Counted from the stretch's first letter, positions 1-9,433 are shown. The stretch is DNA of 64,000 nt from Candidatus Aenigmatarchaeota archaeon (GCA_016198585.1 JACQII010000016.1:88932-152931), one strand, 5' to 3'. Numbers and translations are program-made. The notes: generated from the letters alone by a model not told the origin.

Positions 1-862
1 CGAGGAAGAATCGCTGGACTCGTTCCCGCTGGGCCTTGCCCCAGGTTGCCCCAAGGACCTGGTACTCCTCTCCTGGCCGATAGCGATCGATCCGAGAGAA
101 GAAGAGTCTCGACACGTCCTCGAAACCGTGGTAGACCGTGACGTCCTGATCCCAGAGCACGCGGAAATAACCCCGGAAGCTGTCGGCGATTTGGCGGCTC
201 CCGATAAGGAAGGCTAGCGGTCGGTCTCCCCAGAGCACGATCGCGACGCTCTCACCGAAGACGTGCACTTCCCCTGGGGTGGAGAACTCCCGCGGAACGG
301 TCTTCACCTCGGTGAGGGGAAGCGAACGGTTCACCGAGATGAGATGACGGGCGCCTTCGTTGAGAATGATCCGGCCACGAACCCCCTTCCGTGCTCGCCG
401 CCGGCTCCACCCCTCGAGGAAGCGGCTGAACGGTTCGGCGACATCCGCGGCCACGAATACGATGTGCTCGTCCCCGGGTTGGAGTGCCCTGAGCATCATC
501 TCGAAGACCGTCCTCATCCCCTGTTCACCTTCGTAGACGGTGGCCTCGTGCCGCACCTTTGCAAGCTCCCTTTTCACTTGGAGGTGGGGAAGGAGCGAGC
601 GCAGATGATTCTCCCTCTCGCGCATCACATCAAGAAGGACTTCAGGGTCTGCAGCCTCGAAGTAACGCTTCTTTCCCTTGATGACCGAACTCGCAAGTCC
701 CTTCTCGATCAGCCGCTGGAGGAGGGCGTAGGCAGTAGCCCGGTGGAAACCTGTTTTCTTGATCACCGGACCGGCAGTCGTGGAGCCAGCCTCAAGGAGG
801 GCGAGGTAAGTCGCCGCTTCTCCCGCAGAGAGGCCGGCGTCCACCAAGGCGGACGTGTCCAT
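1..862 (-). CDS. TrmB-family transcriptional regulator, 3'-truncated by the window edge. The minus-strand ATG is at 860-862.
   Basis: My reverse-complement translation begins MDTSALVDAGLSAGEAATYLALLEAGSTTAGPVIKKTGFHRATAYALLQRLIEKGL... This is an N-terminal wHTH with the same architecture as the paralogs at 5663 and 24676. No stop is seen before position 1, which explains its absence from the ORF track. The upstream part of plus ORF 263..1939 is its antisense shadow. Confidence 0.65.
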   Translation of the reverse strand, partial: MDTSALVDAGLSAGEAATYLALLEAGSTTAGPVIKKTGFHRATAYALLQRLIEKGLASSVIKGKKRYFEAADPEVLLDVMRERENHLRSLLPHLQVKRELAKVRHEATVYEGEQGMRTVFEMMLRALQPGDEHIVFVAADVAEPFSRFLEGWSRRRARKGVRGRIILNEGARHLISVNRSLPLTEVKTVPREFSTPGEVHVFGESVAIVLWGDRPLAFLIGSRQIADSFRGYFRVLWDQDVTVYHGFEDVSRLFFSRIDRYRPGEEYQVLGATWGKAQRERVQRFFL

Positions 863-958
863 AGGGATACCTCGGGAAGCGTACTTAAATGTGTTGTCCA
901 TATCTGGACGACAAACATATTAAAGGAAGAACGTTTATGTCATCGGATAGGAGTGACA

Positions 959-1939
959 ATGAACAAGATATTCGTGGCCGTCATCGGCGTGATCCTCGTG
1001 GCGGGCCTGCTCGGCCTTTCAAGCGGTCCCGCCGCGGGACCGGAGCAGATGGTCCGCATAGGAGACCTGCCGATCGTCGACGGCCTGCCGCTCTACGTTG
1101 CCCTGGAGAAGGGCTACTTCGCCGAGGAGGGGTTGCATGTTGAACGAGTGCAATTCGAGGCGCCGAACCAGATCATCGACGCCCTGCTCCAGGATCGGAT
1201 TGACTTCGGGTCGCCGAGCATCGCGCTCGGGATCACCGGCATCGCCGACCACAAGAATCCCGGGAAGCTCAAGATCTATGCCGCCGCAGGCGGCTCCGTC
1301 GACCACCCGAAGGAGAACCTCTTGGTCGCTCCTGACAGCGACATCGTCTCGATCTCCGACCTGAGCGGCAAGAGGCTCGGGATCCTTGGCGGTATCCAAT
1401 GGCGGACGATCGCGAGGGAGCTGCTCGCCCAGCACGGCCTGGAGATGGACAAGGACGTGACCATCGTCGAGCTGTCGCCTGCCCTGCAGGTCCAGGCTCT
1501 CGCTTCCGGTCAGATCGACGCGTTGCTTGCCCTTGAGCCCATGTCCACGGTCGCCATCCAGCAGGGAGCCGGCAAGATCATGATCAGCGGCCCGGTAGAG
1601 AAGGGCATAGCAAATCCGTTCTATGGCGGCGCGGGCGTCGTACGGGCCGCGTTTGCCGAGGAATACCCGGAGCAGACGGCGAAGGTGTTGCGCGCATTCG
1701 AAAGGGCGATGGACGACATCGCGGCCGACCCCGCCGCTCACAAGCAGTATCTCCTCGGGTACACCCCTCTGAGCGAAGAGGTCGTTCAGGAGGTGCCGAT
1801 TGTCATGTTCAGGTCGTGCAGCGATTTCACGTCGGATGACATAGGGGCCATGCAGGCGTTTTACGACATCTTCACGAAATATGGGATTGTCGACGGGGAG
1901 ATCGACCCGCACACGCTCCTCTATTGCGAGACGGAGTGA
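959..1939 (+). CDS. ABC transporter substrate-binding protein of the NitT/TauT (SsuA/TauA/NMT1-like) family
   Basis: The internal ATG at 959 sits about 40 nt after a TATA-like 'ACATATTAAAGG'. The N-terminus MNKIFVAVIGVILVAGLLGL is a signal or anchor sequence. The periplasmic-binding-protein-like fold region (LPLYVALEKGYFAEEGL...) sits first in an operon followed by an ATPase and a permease. Confidence 0.75.
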   Translation: MNKIFVAVIGVILVAGLLGLSSGPAAGPEQMVRIGDLPIVDGLPLYVALEKGYFAEEGLHVERVQFEAPNQIIDALLQDRIDFGSPSIALGITGIADHKNPGKLKIYAAAGGSVDHPKENLLVAPDSDIVSISDLSGKRLGILGGIQWRTIARELLAQHGLEMDKDVTIVELSPALQVQALASGQIDALLALEPMSTVAIQQGAGKIMISGPVEKGIANPFYGGAGVVRAAFAEEYPEQTAKVLRAFERAMDDIAADPAAHKQYLLGYTPLSEEVVQEVPIVMFRSCSDFTSDDIGAMQAFYDIFTKYGIVDGEIDPHTLLYCETE

Positions 1940-1960
1940 CCTGTCGGATGGTTCTGAGAG

Positions 1961-2716
1961 TTGATTATGGGAATAACAATATCGGTCAGGGATGTGAAGA
2001 AGCGCTTCGGCCAGAAGGAGGTGTTTCAGGATGTGTCGTTCCGCGTCCGGAAGGGTGAGATCGTGGCCCTCTTCGGCCCGAACGGGTGCGGTAAATCCAC
2101 CCTACTCAACATCCTGTCACGGCTGGTAGAGAAGGACGGCGGAAAATGCGATGTGGACGGATTTTCATCCAGCCGCGTCAGCTATGTCTTCCAGAACTAC
2201 CGGGACTCCCTCCTGCCGTGGAGGAACGTCTATGACAACGTCGCCTTCCCCCTTGAACTCCAGGACATGAACGCTGACGACATACGGAAGCGGGTCCAAG
2301 AGGTGGAGAGCATCCTCGGCGTCCGCCTCGACCGTAGGAAATATCCATACGAACTGAGCGGAGGGCAGCAGCAGATGCTTGCGTTCGCGCGGGCCCTCGT
2401 CACCAGACCCCAGGTGTTCTTCATCGACGAACCGTTCTCGGCCCTGGACTACGAGAACAACCTCCTCCTGCGGAAGCGGTTGCAGGAGTACTGCGTGATC
2501 CACAGGCCAACGGTCTTGGTGGTCACCCACGACATCGAGGAAGCGGTGCATCTTGCAGGTAGGATCGTCGTCCTCTCGAAGCCGCCGGCACGGGTGGTCG
2601 ACGTCGTAGAGAATCCGTCCGCTTACCCCCGCGATCTTTCCTTCCTGGATTCGAAACAGTATCGGGACGTGAAGGGCAGGGTCTTCGCCGCGTTCCAGAA
2701 GGGGGCCGGCTTATGA
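1961..2716 (+). CDS. ABC transporter ATP-binding protein (NitT/TauT family)
   Basis: Walker A GPNGCGKST, ABC signature LSGGQQQM and Walker B FFIDEPFSALD are present. The gene overlaps the permease start at 2713 (ATGA overlap). Confidence 0.9.
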   Translation: MIMGITISVRDVKKRFGQKEVFQDVSFRVRKGEIVALFGPNGCGKSTLLNILSRLVEKDGGKCDVDGFSSSRVSYVFQNYRDSLLPWRNVYDNVAFPLELQDMNADDIRKRVQEVESILGVRLDRRKYPYELSGGQQQMLAFARALVTRPQVFFIDEPFSALDYENNLLLRKRLQEYCVIHRPTVLVVTHDIEEAVHLAGRIVVLSKPPARVVDVVENPSAYPRDLSFLDSKQYRDVKGRVFAAFQKGAGL

Positions 2717-3462
2717 AACACGGGAAGACCGTCCTCCTGGGGCCAGGACTCGCCCTCTTGGCATGGTATCTTATCGCCGAACTGCGCCTCGTCGACGCGT
2801 TCTTCCTCCCGGGTCCGATAGCGACCATCAGCGAGCTGCTCGAACTGGCCGTTGGAGGCGGCATCATCACTGATGCGCTCCTCACCCTTGAGCGGGTCTT
2901 CCTCGCGTTCGTCATCGCTGTCCTGGTCGGCATACCGGTCGGGCTGTTCCTCGGCACTTCGCGACGGGTGTATGAAAGCCTCGAGATGGTCATCGACTTC
3001 TTCAGGTCGATCCCGGCGACGGCGATCTTCCCCCTGTTTGTGGTGGTATTTGGGATTGAGGACAGCTCGAAGATCGCGGTCGCTTCGTTCGCCTCGGCGC
3101 TCATCATTCTCTTCCATACCGCCCACGGCGTCATGCACGCGAAGAAGTCGAGGACTTTGGCAGCCCGGCTCATGGGCGCTACGAAGCTCCAGGTATTCCG
3201 GTTCGTCTCCTTCTGGGAATGTTTGCCTCAGATCTTCGTCGGCCTCCGGACGGCGGTGAGCCTCTCCCTGGTCATTGTCGTTGTGACGGAGATGTTCATC
3301 GGCACCTATGCCGGCCTCGGACGCCGCCTCATCGATTTCCAGTACGTGTACAACATCGAGGGCATGTACGCGATCATCCTGCTGACGGGGATCATCGGCT
3401 ACCTGATCAACGCGGTCTTCATCCTCCTCGAGCGACGGGTCGTCCACTGGTCAGGGAAATAA
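2713..3462 (+). CDS. ABC transporter permease (binding-protein-dependent inner-membrane component)
   Basis: Multiple hydrophobic TM segments occur downstream of the ATPase and are translationally coupled to it. This is the typical TauC/SsuC-like organisation. Confidence 0.8.
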   Translation: MKHGKTVLLGPGLALLAWYLIAELRLVDAFFLPGPIATISELLELAVGGGIITDALLTLERVFLAFVIAVLVGIPVGLFLGTSRRVYESLEMVIDFFRSIPATAIFPLFVVVFGIEDSSKIAVASFASALIILFHTAHGVMHAKKSRTLAARLMGATKLQVFRFVSFWECLPQIFVGLRTAVSLSLVIVVVTEMFIGTYAGLGRRLIDFQYVYNIEGMYAIILLTGIIGYLINAVFILLERRVVHWSGK

Positions 3463-3560
3463 TATCTGATGGCAGGTGCCAGCCCCTTCACAGTCAACCG
3501 ACCCACGAGGCCGGGGCGGTCCTGACGCTGGAATTTAAGTTCTGACGGGAAAGATCTTCC

Positions 3561-4019
3561 ATGAAGGTCGCGCCGCTCTCGAAGCGACAGGAACCAGGGC
3601 TGAACCGCCTGCTGCGCGAGTACTGGGAGACCCGCGGGATGCGCTACTCTGCAGCCTACACCCGTCGCTACCTGCGGGAAGGCCATCGCATCGAGATCCT
3701 CGGCGACCGGTTCTTCGTCGCCGTTGACGGCCAGGAGGTCATCGGCTGCGCATCCGTGGTCTTCCAGGAACCTGAAGTGGCTGAGCTGCGCGACCTCTTC
3801 GTCCGGCCGGCCTGGAGGAACCGGGGAGTCGCGAACCAGCTGCTGCTGGCCAGCGTCGCCGCGTGCCGAACGCGGAAGGTTAGAAAAGTCTTCGCGCTCG
3901 TGTTTCCCGAGGTCGCGGACCTCTACCGCGCGCACGGATTCAGGGAAGAGGGGAGACTCAGGAGCCACTTCGCGCGCGGCGAGGACCTGCTCATCGTGGC
4001 GCGGTTCCTGCGGACGTAG
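3561..4019 (+). CDS. GNAT-family N-acetyltransferase
   Basis: 152 aa with the acetyl-CoA binding motif LFVRPAWRNRGVANQLL. A TATA-like 'GGAATTTAAG' lies about 25 nt upstream. Confidence 0.6.
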   Translation: MKVAPLSKRQEPGLNRLLREYWETRGMRYSAAYTRRYLREGHRIEILGDRFFVAVDGQEVIGCASVVFQEPEVAELRDLFVRPAWRNRGVANQLLLASVAACRTRKVRKVFALVFPEVADLYRAHGFREEGRLRSHFARGEDLLIVARFLRT

Positions 4020-4068
4020 CTGGACTGCAGCTTTTTATGTTTGCGCGCCCAATACAGAGTGGGTTTCG

Positions 4069-4416
4069 TTGGAACCCATCGAACGGCGCTACCGAACAGG
4101 CGACACGGTTTCTCTGCACTATGTGCATGATGTCGGTTTCCCGGCTGAGCCGCAGGCGTTCGAGCTGGTGGACATCCACGACGGTTACGTCACCGCCCAG
4201 GTGGCCGGCTGCCGGCCAACCTTCTACCCCCTCAGCGCATTCGCCGAGCTGCTGCGCACCGATGGCCACCAGCTCGTGGTCCGGGAGGACGCAGCTTTCC
4301 ACCGGTTCCTGCGGGTGCGGGGAGCCTATGCGACCGCCCAGGAGATCGCCCGGCGCTACCACGCCGCCGTGCTTGAGGCCGTCGAGGGCCTGCAGCAGCG
4401 CGAACAGCGCCGATGA
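4069..4416 (+). CDS. Hypothetical small protein. The start is uncertain: TTG at 4069 or GTG near 4123.
   Basis: The protein-like frame is ...EWVSLEPIERRYRTGDTVSLHYVHDVGFPAEPQAFELVDIHDGYVTAQVAGC...EAVEGLQQREQRR. A TATA-like 'GCTTTTTATGTT' lies at 4030-4041. The overlapping 4037 ATG frame is S/R/P-rich junk. Confidence 0.3.
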   Translation: MEPIERRYRTGDTVSLHYVHDVGFPAEPQAFELVDIHDGYVTAQVAGCRPTFYPLSAFAELLRTDGHQLVVREDAAFHRFLRVRGAYATAQEIARRYHAAVLEAVEGLQQREQRR

Positions 4417-4422
4417 GCGGCG

Positions 4423-5565
4423 CTACTTGCCGAACGTGAGGGAGAGCGCGCCCGCCTGGGTGCCGTCGGTGTAGAACGCGAGTTGCCCACCGATCCGCAT
4501 TTTTCCGAGCGTCGTGCGGATCCCCACGAGCGGACCCGACCGGGTGTCGTCGCCAAACGAGTCCATGCCCCAGCCGATACATAAACCGTCCCAACGCGAG
4601 GACTCACGATCGAACTGCCCGGGAAAGACAAGAGCGTCCCAATGCGTCGATGATGAGCCATCGGGGGAGGCGAGGCGCAGATATTGGATGTTGGCGAGAT
4701 CACCGAAAGCCCAAGGGTCAGCGACCCGATTGAAATTATACTCGTGGGTAAGCGAGGGATCGGTTGCGAACCTCGGGTCGGGATAGAGGATACCGATTGG
4801 CCCGAACAAGCGGCCGGCCCGCTTCTCGTGTCCGAAAAACCGTCCATGGTGGCCCAGCGAGAGCCCGGCCAGCGTGAACTGCGCGCCCGGCTCGTCGCCT
4901 ACCATGTTGTCTACGTGCAGCACGTCCAGGGCCGGCCGCAGCTGAAGGCTCTCGTCTAGTACAGGCAAGACTATCCCTGCCAGATAGCGAGCTTGCTCCT
5001 GCTCTCGCTGGTGGCCGACCGCGATCTCCCAGCCGCTGGACGCCCAGGTCGCGATGCCGCCCGCTCCGTAGGTGTCCGTGGTCTTACCGTCCTTCGCGAA
5101 GCCAGCAACAGCATAGGCGACCGAATCCTGTCCAGTGGTGGCCTTGTTGCGATACAGCAGCCGAGTGAAATCGAAGTCCGCGTCCCCGGGGAGCTCGACC
5201 CGGCCGCCGCCGACGCTCCACCGATCGTCCGGTTGGTAGGCTGCGGCGACGGTGTGCGCGTCCCGGCCAGCTGCCTGGTCGTCGAGGACGTGACCGGCAA
5301 CCACCACGTCGCCCTCAGCGGCCGGGAATCGGGCCATGAGGCTCACGTAGTCCAGGCGGTCATCACCGGACACGCGGCCGACGCCGGCCAGAAAATCCGG
5401 ATGGGTCACGGTGAGTTGGGTGTTCAGGTTGTCGCCAGTATGGTGTGTATATGATTCCGCAACAAGGGTGTCCCAGGGCGTCGCGGCAGCTTCCTGGACG
5501 GAAGCGGGCGCGCTGCAGGCTGTCGCCAGCGCCAGGGAACCCAGGGCATATCGGAAAGCGCGCAT
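4423..5565 (-). CDS. Secreted hypothetical protein (signal peptide, beta-rich)
   Basis: The internal ATG at 5563-5565 gives MRAFRYALGSLALATACSAPASVQEAAA..., an N-terminal signal peptide. No recognisable catalytic motif is present. It is divergent from the TrmB paralog at 5663. Confidence 0.5.
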   Translation of the reverse strand: MRAFRYALGSLALATACSAPASVQEAAATPWDTLVAESYTHHTGDNLNTQLTVTHPDFLAGVGRVSGDDRLDYVSLMARFPAAEGDVVVAGHVLDDQAAGRDAHTVAAAYQPDDRWSVGGGRVELPGDADFDFTRLLYRNKATTGQDSVAYAVAGFAKDGKTTDTYGAGGIATWASSGWEIAVGHQREQEQARYLAGIVLPVLDESLQLRPALDVLHVDNMVGDEPGAQFTLAGLSLGHHGRFFGHEKRAGRLFGPIGILYPDPRFATDPSLTHEYNFNRVADPWAFGDLANIQYLRLASPDGSSSTHWDALVFPGQFDRESSRWDGLCIGWGMDSFGDDTRSGPLVGIRTTLGKMRIGGQLAFYTDGTQAGALSLTFGK

Positions 5566-5610
5566 AGTCGCCTCGTAGGTGACCTGCCATTCCGCTCCTT
5601 TTAATAATAT

Positions 5611-5645
5611 GTGGTGCTGTACAAATACCACGCTTTTATATGCCC
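5611..5645. promoter_or_regulatory. Divergent promoter region with the palindrome GTGGT-N11-ACCAC (5611-5631) and the TATA box 'CGCTTTTATATGCCC' (5632-5645) for the TrmB gene
   Basis: The TATA box lies about 20 nt before the ATG at 5663 (leaderless). A second AT-rich box, 'TTTTAATAATAT' (5599-5610), is suitably placed for the minus-strand gene starting at 5565. The palindrome sits between the two boxes. Confidence 0.45.
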
Positions 5646-5662
5646 GAATCGCAAGAGGTCTC

Positions 5663-6403
5663 ATGGCGCTGGCGATCCTGCGGAAGATCGGGCTGTCGGA
5701 AGGCGAGGCGACCGTCTACACCGCCCTCCTCGAGGCAGGCCGCTCGCCGCTGAGCAGGATCCACGAGAGGACCGGCATCGAGCGGCGCAACATCTACGAC
5801 ATCCTGAACAAGTTGATCGAGCGCGGACTCGTCACGTACGTGACCGAGAACCGGCGGCGCTTCTTCCAAGCCGGTCACCCGAGCACGCTGGTCGGCTACC
5901 TCGATGCGAAAGGGGACGAGCTGGAGCGGACCAAGCGCGCTGTGCAGAAGGAGCTTCCCAGCCTGGTGGGGACGTTCCTCGCGAAACGGCCAGCCGTCTC
6001 GGCAGAAATCTTCCGCGGCCACGACGGGATGAAGGCGGCCTGGGAAGACATCCTCCGCGAGAAGGAAATCCGGTTCATTGGGTCGGGCCGGTACGTACCG
6101 AAGACCCTCCCGCGCTTCTTCCGCAGCTGGAACGCGCGCCGGATCGCGCGGCGCATGAAGCTCTTCAACCTGGTCCGGGCCGAGCTCCGGAAGGAGATCA
6201 GGAAGCCTTACCCGCTCGAGTACATCCGCTACCTGCCACCCGAATTCAGCGGCAACCCTGCCGTCGTCGCTATCTACGGCAACAAGACCACCCTGCTGCT
6301 CCTCGGGACTGAGTTCTTCGCCTTCGTGATCGAGAGCAAGGAGCTCGCCGACAACTATCGGGATTACTTTCGCTTTTTATGGTCAAATGTCGCAAAAAGG
6401 TAG
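5663..6403 (+). CDS. TrmB-family transcriptional regulator
   Basis: MALAILRKIGLSEGEATVYTALLEAGRSPLSRIHERTGIERRNIYDILNKLIERGLVTY is an N-terminal wHTH plus C-terminal sensor domain. It is a paralog of the regulators at 1..862 and 24676. Confidence 0.75.
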   Translation: MALAILRKIGLSEGEATVYTALLEAGRSPLSRIHERTGIERRNIYDILNKLIERGLVTYVTENRRRFFQAGHPSTLVGYLDAKGDELERTKRAVQKELPSLVGTFLAKRPAVSAEIFRGHDGMKAAWEDILREKEIRFIGSGRYVPKTLPRFFRSWNARRIARRMKLFNLVRAELRKEIRKPYPLEYIRYLPPEFSGNPAVVAIYGNKTTLLLLGTEFFAFVIESKELADNYRDYFRFLWSNVAKR

Positions 6404-6415
6404 CAGGAGCCTGAG

Positions 6416-8137
6416 GTGAGAGACATGAAGATGCGTTCCCCGATCCTGGTCGCGCTCGGCCACGTCGACCATGGGAAGACCACGCTGCTGGACAAGATTA
6501 GGGGAAGCGACGTCGCCCGGACTGAACCCGGCCTCATCACCCAATACATCTCCGCCAGCTACATCCCCACCAACACGATCCGCCAGCGATGCGGGCCGCT
6601 GCTCGACCGGTTGGGCATCACCCTCAACATCCCGGGCATCCTCTGGATGGACTCCCCAGGACACGAGGCGTTCACGACCCTCCGCAAGCGAGGCGGCGCG
6701 ATCGCCGACTTCGCCGTCCTGGTGGTCGACCTGATGGAGGGATTCCAGCCCCAGACCCGGGAGAGCGTGAACTTCCTCCGCCAGTTCAAGACCCCCTTCT
6801 GCGTCGCACTCACCAAGATCGACCGCCTGGTGGGCTGGGTGCCCCGGCCGGGGGAGCCGTTCGTGGCCTCGTTCGAGGACCAGTCCTCCCGGACAAAGGA
6901 GGCGTTCGATGACAAGTTCTACCGGATCATCGGCGAGCTCGGGAGGGAAGGGTTCTCTGCCGAGCGGTTCGACCGGGTGGAGGACTTCACCAAGCAGATC
7001 GCCATTGTCCCGCTCTCCGGCACGACCGGCGAAGGCGTCCCTGATCTGCTCGTCATCATCGCTGGCATCGCCCAGCGGTTCCTCAAGGGCAGCCTCGAAG
7101 TCCAGCCGGGGAAGGGCAAGGGCACGGTCCTGGAGGTGAAAGAGGTCGTCGGCCTGGGCTCGACCATCGACGCGATCATCTACGACGGCTCCGTGCGCAG
7201 GGGAGACTTCCTGGTGGTCGGCGGCAACGACCTGGTCCGCTCGCGCGTCAAGGCGCTGCTCGTGCCGGCTCCGCTGAAGGAGCTGCGCATGGAGAAAGGC
7301 TTCCAGCCAGCAGATGAAATCGCGGCCGCAGCCGGCGTCAGGATCGCTGGCCCGGGCCTGGAATTCGTGCTCGCGGGCTCGCCCTTCCGCGTCGTCAAGT
7401 CCGAGAAGGAGGTCACGGCCGCCGAGGATGAAGTCAGGGAAGAGGTCGAGGAGGTCGAATTCGCCTCTGCCCAGGACGGCGCCATCCTCCGGGCCGACAC
7501 CCTCGGGAGCCTCGAAGCCCTGATCAAGACCCTGCAGCCGGTCGTCCCGATCCGGAAGGCCGGGGTCGGGACCGTGACCCGGGCCGACGTACTCGAGGCC
7601 AAGACCCTGGGCCGCCCGATCTTCGCCTTCGGGACCAAGCGGCTCCCGGACATCGAGAAGTTCGCCAAGGACAACCAGGTCGCCCTGTTCGCCTCGGACA
7701 TCATCTACGCCATGGTCGAGGACTACCAGACCTGGGAGCTCGGCGCGAAAGAGCGCTCGCTGCAGCACATCCTGGATTCGGTCCCCCGGCCAGGCCAGGT
7801 GGCGGTCCTCAGGGGCTTCCTCTTCCGGCAGAAGGACCCTGCAGTGTTCGGGGTCGAGGTCGTGAAAGGCACGATCAGGCCTGGCGTCGTCCTGGTGAAC
7901 AAGGGGAAGAAGATCGGCGAGGTCAAGGAGATCCAGGACCAGGGAGAGTCCCGTCCAGAGGCCGTCAAGGGCCAACGCATCGCGATTTCCATGCCCGACG
8001 TGGTCTTCGGCAAGCAGGTCAACGAAGGCAACGTCCTCGAAGTCTTCCTTTCGGAGGCGACGCGCGAGGCCCTGGAGAAGGCCCGCAGCAAGCTGCGGCT
8101 GGACGAGCGCGAGCTGCTCGATGCGGCGGGATTTTAA
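6416..8137 (+). CDS. infB: Translation initiation factor aIF5B (IF2/eIF5B homolog)
   Basis: The GTPase G1 motif VALGHVDHGKTTLLDKIRG is present, with beta-barrel domains over about 570 aa. The start may be an ATG a few codons downstream. Confidence 0.85.
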   Translation: MRDMKMRSPILVALGHVDHGKTTLLDKIRGSDVARTEPGLITQYISASYIPTNTIRQRCGPLLDRLGITLNIPGILWMDSPGHEAFTTLRKRGGAIADFAVLVVDLMEGFQPQTRESVNFLRQFKTPFCVALTKIDRLVGWVPRPGEPFVASFEDQSSRTKEAFDDKFYRIIGELGREGFSAERFDRVEDFTKQIAIVPLSGTTGEGVPDLLVIIAGIAQRFLKGSLEVQPGKGKGTVLEVKEVVGLGSTIDAIIYDGSVRRGDFLVVGGNDLVRSRVKALLVPAPLKELRMEKGFQPADEIAAAAGVRIAGPGLEFVLAGSPFRVVKSEKEVTAAEDEVREEVEEVEFASAQDGAILRADTLGSLEALIKTLQPVVPIRKAGVGTVTRADVLEAKTLGRPIFAFGTKRLPDIEKFAKDNQVALFASDIIYAMVEDYQTWELGAKERSLQHILDSVPRPGQVAVLRGFLFRQKDPAVFGVEVVKGTIRPGVVLVNKGKKIGEVKEIQDQGESRPEAVKGQRIAISMPDVVFGKQVNEGNVLEVFLSEATREALEKARSKLRLDERELLDAAGF

Positions 8138-8159
8138 AGTGGCCGGCCCTAAAGATCTC

Positions 8160-8507
8160 ATGGGCATCCACTTCTACCAACGGACCGATCGCCACCGCGA
8201 CCAGCTCACGGGCCGCGAGCGCGAGGTCCAGCACGCAGTAGAGCGGGCCGCAGCCGGGATCGCGAAGCCGGTCGTGCGCGTCCACGCCAGCCACGTCCAC
8301 GTCTTCGCCTCGGTCCCGGAAGCGCGGGAACGGTTCTTCGCCAACCGCGTGCGGGCTGCACTGGCCGGCCTCCCTGATGTCCGGTGGGACGCCCACCACT
8401 ACCTCTTCCCGGTCGCCTCCCTGCGGCCGCGCGACCTGGACCGCCTGCTCGAGGGGATGCACCAGAACCGGTATGCGGACGCTTCTGGACTGCGGAGACG
8501 GCCATGA
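8160..8507 (+). CDS. Hypothetical protein (His-rich, 115 aa)
   Basis: A TATA-like 'GATTTTAAAGTGG' at 8130-8142 spans the infB stop codon. ATG 8160 lies about 20 nt downstream, so the transcript is leaderless. The stop overlaps the PAP2 start (ATGA at 8504). No family is recognised. Confidence 0.4.
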   Translation: MGIHFYQRTDRHRDQLTGREREVQHAVERAAAGIAKPVVRVHASHVHVFASVPEARERFFANRVRAALAGLPDVRWDAHHYLFPVASLRPRDLDRLLEGMHQNRYADASGLRRRP

Positions 8508-9004
8508 CCTTCCATCTCAACCCCTGGTTTCTCGTCACGCTCTTGGGTGAACCTGACCTCTGGCTGGTGATCGCGGTCGGGCTGGGCGTCTTCTCGCTCG
8601 TCTGGCGGCGGCTGCGGCCCAACCACCGCCTCCACGTCGTGCTCGAAGTCCTGATCCTCTCCCTCCTCATCGTCCTCGGCATCGTCTTCGCCACCAAGCA
8701 GGTGACCCAGATCGACCGGCCCTGCGGCCCGGAGAACCCGTACTGTCTCGAAGATTCTTCCTTCCCGTCGGGCCATGCGGCCAGCATCTTCGCCGCCTTC
8801 ACTGTCCTGCTGGCCTTCCTCCCGCGGCGCTGGCTGCCGTTGCTGGCCGTCCCCCTCCTGGTCGCGGCTTCCCGGGTGGCACTGGGCGTCCACACCTGGC
8901 TCGATGTGGCTGCTGGCGCTGTCCTCGGCATCCTGGTCGCCCTGGGCGTGATCGCCTCCTTCCGGAAGGCCGGCCGGCTGCAGAAATGGCCGTGGGAGCG
9001 CTAG
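8504..9004 (+). CDS. PAP2-superfamily membrane phosphatase (phosphatidic acid / undecaprenyl-PP phosphatase-like)
   Basis: TM helices are present along with the PAP2 motifs PSGH and SRVALGVHTWLDV (SRx5Hx3D). Confidence 0.7.
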   Translation: MTFHLNPWFLVTLLGEPDLWLVIAVGLGVFSLVWRRLRPNHRLHVVLEVLILSLLIVLGIVFATKQVTQIDRPCGPENPYCLEDSSFPSGHAASIFAAFTVLLAFLPRRWLPLLAVPLLVAASRVALGVHTWLDVAAGAVLGILVALGVIASFRKAGRLQKWPWER

Positions 9005-9082
9005 CTACTGCTGCTGGTTCACTTCAGAAACCGGTGGCAGTAAACATATATCCTTGAATATAGCTATTGCAGCATCGCAAGG

Positions 9083-9119
9083 TATTTAAACCTTAAATGT
9101 CACCACTTGTCAGTGATAT
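9083..9119 (+). promoter_or_regulatory. TATA box 'TATTTAAA' (9083-9090) plus the palindrome ATGTCAC-N9-GTGATAT (9097-9119), immediately upstream of ATG 9123
   Basis: The palindrome lies between the TATA box and the start codon, a classic repressor-operator position. The half-site resembles the Thermococcales glycolytic motif TATCAC-N5-GTGATA bound by TrmB-family regulators. Confidence 0.5.
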
Positions 9120-9122
9120 CCT

Positions 9123-9359
9123 ATGACGCGACGTGATGACGAGCTGGTCAATCGGGTGGTCGAGAAGGTCCTGAAGGACTTCGACTTCGAGATTGATGAC
9201 ATGCTCGAAGCCAACCAGGAGGAAGTTGTCCAGGCTATCAAGGACTCGATCCTGGAGCACCTGGATCAGGAGCCTCCGCACGTGGACTGGATCCAGCTGG
9301 TTGACCTCGACGAGGCCGAAGCGCACAAGAACAAGAACGGCGACTTCCTGGCTGCGTAA
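9123..9359 (+). CDS. Small acidic hypothetical protein (78 aa)
   Basis: MTRRDDELVNRVVEKVLKDFDFEIDDMLEANQEEVVQAIKDSILEHL... is strongly acidic. It has its own TATA box and operator, and is followed by a T-run and a hairpin. Confidence 0.5.
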   Translation: MTRRDDELVNRVVEKVLKDFDFEIDDMLEANQEEVVQAIKDSILEHLDQEPPHVDWIQLVDLDEAEAHKNKNGDFLAA

Positions 9360-9365
9360 GCACCT

Positions 9366-9419
9366 TTCCCTTTTTCCCTCGTGGGATTTCTCCTCCCCAA
9401 AGGGACGGCCGTCCCTTTG
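9366..9419 (+). terminator. T-stretch (9366-9375) and a perfect hairpin CAAAGGGACGG/CCGTCCCTTTG (9398-9419) after the 78-aa gene
   Basis: An 11-bp inverted repeat is seen directly. Archaeal terminators are often T-rich runs. A function as an attenuator or terminator is inferred. Confidence 0.35.
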
Positions 9420-9433
9420 AGGGAACCGATAAG

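Noticed and set aside
263-1939. 558-aa plus-strand ORF
   Set aside because: It is a chimera. Its first ~230 codons are the antisense shadow of the minus-strand TrmB gene (1-862), whose translation is clean and HTH-containing. Only the part from ATG 959 (MNKIFVAV...) is the real substrate-binding protein.
4037-4474. 145-aa ORF starting at ATG 4037
   Set aside because: Its translation is Ser/Arg/Pro-rich junk. The overlapping frame (TTG 4069 / GTG ~4123 to 4416) looks protein-like and is reported instead at low confidence.
6383-8167. 594-aa minus-strand ORF antisense to aIF5B
   Set aside because: Its composition is Arg/Gly/Asp/Leu-rich and low-complexity, typical of reverse-frame ORFs in high-GC DNA. 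The plus strand encodes an unmistakable GTPase. The same reasoning rejects 15381..17168(-) opposite leuS, 36959..38857(-) opposite the SdhA-like gene, 18630..20234(+) opposite the Kazal protein, 20920..22437(-) opposite priS, 28219..29706(+) opposite srp54, 54510..55586(+) and 55617..56537(+) opposite valS, 60306..61145(+) opposite proS, and 11549..12613(-), 12418..14007(+) and 12851..13993(-) around hel308.
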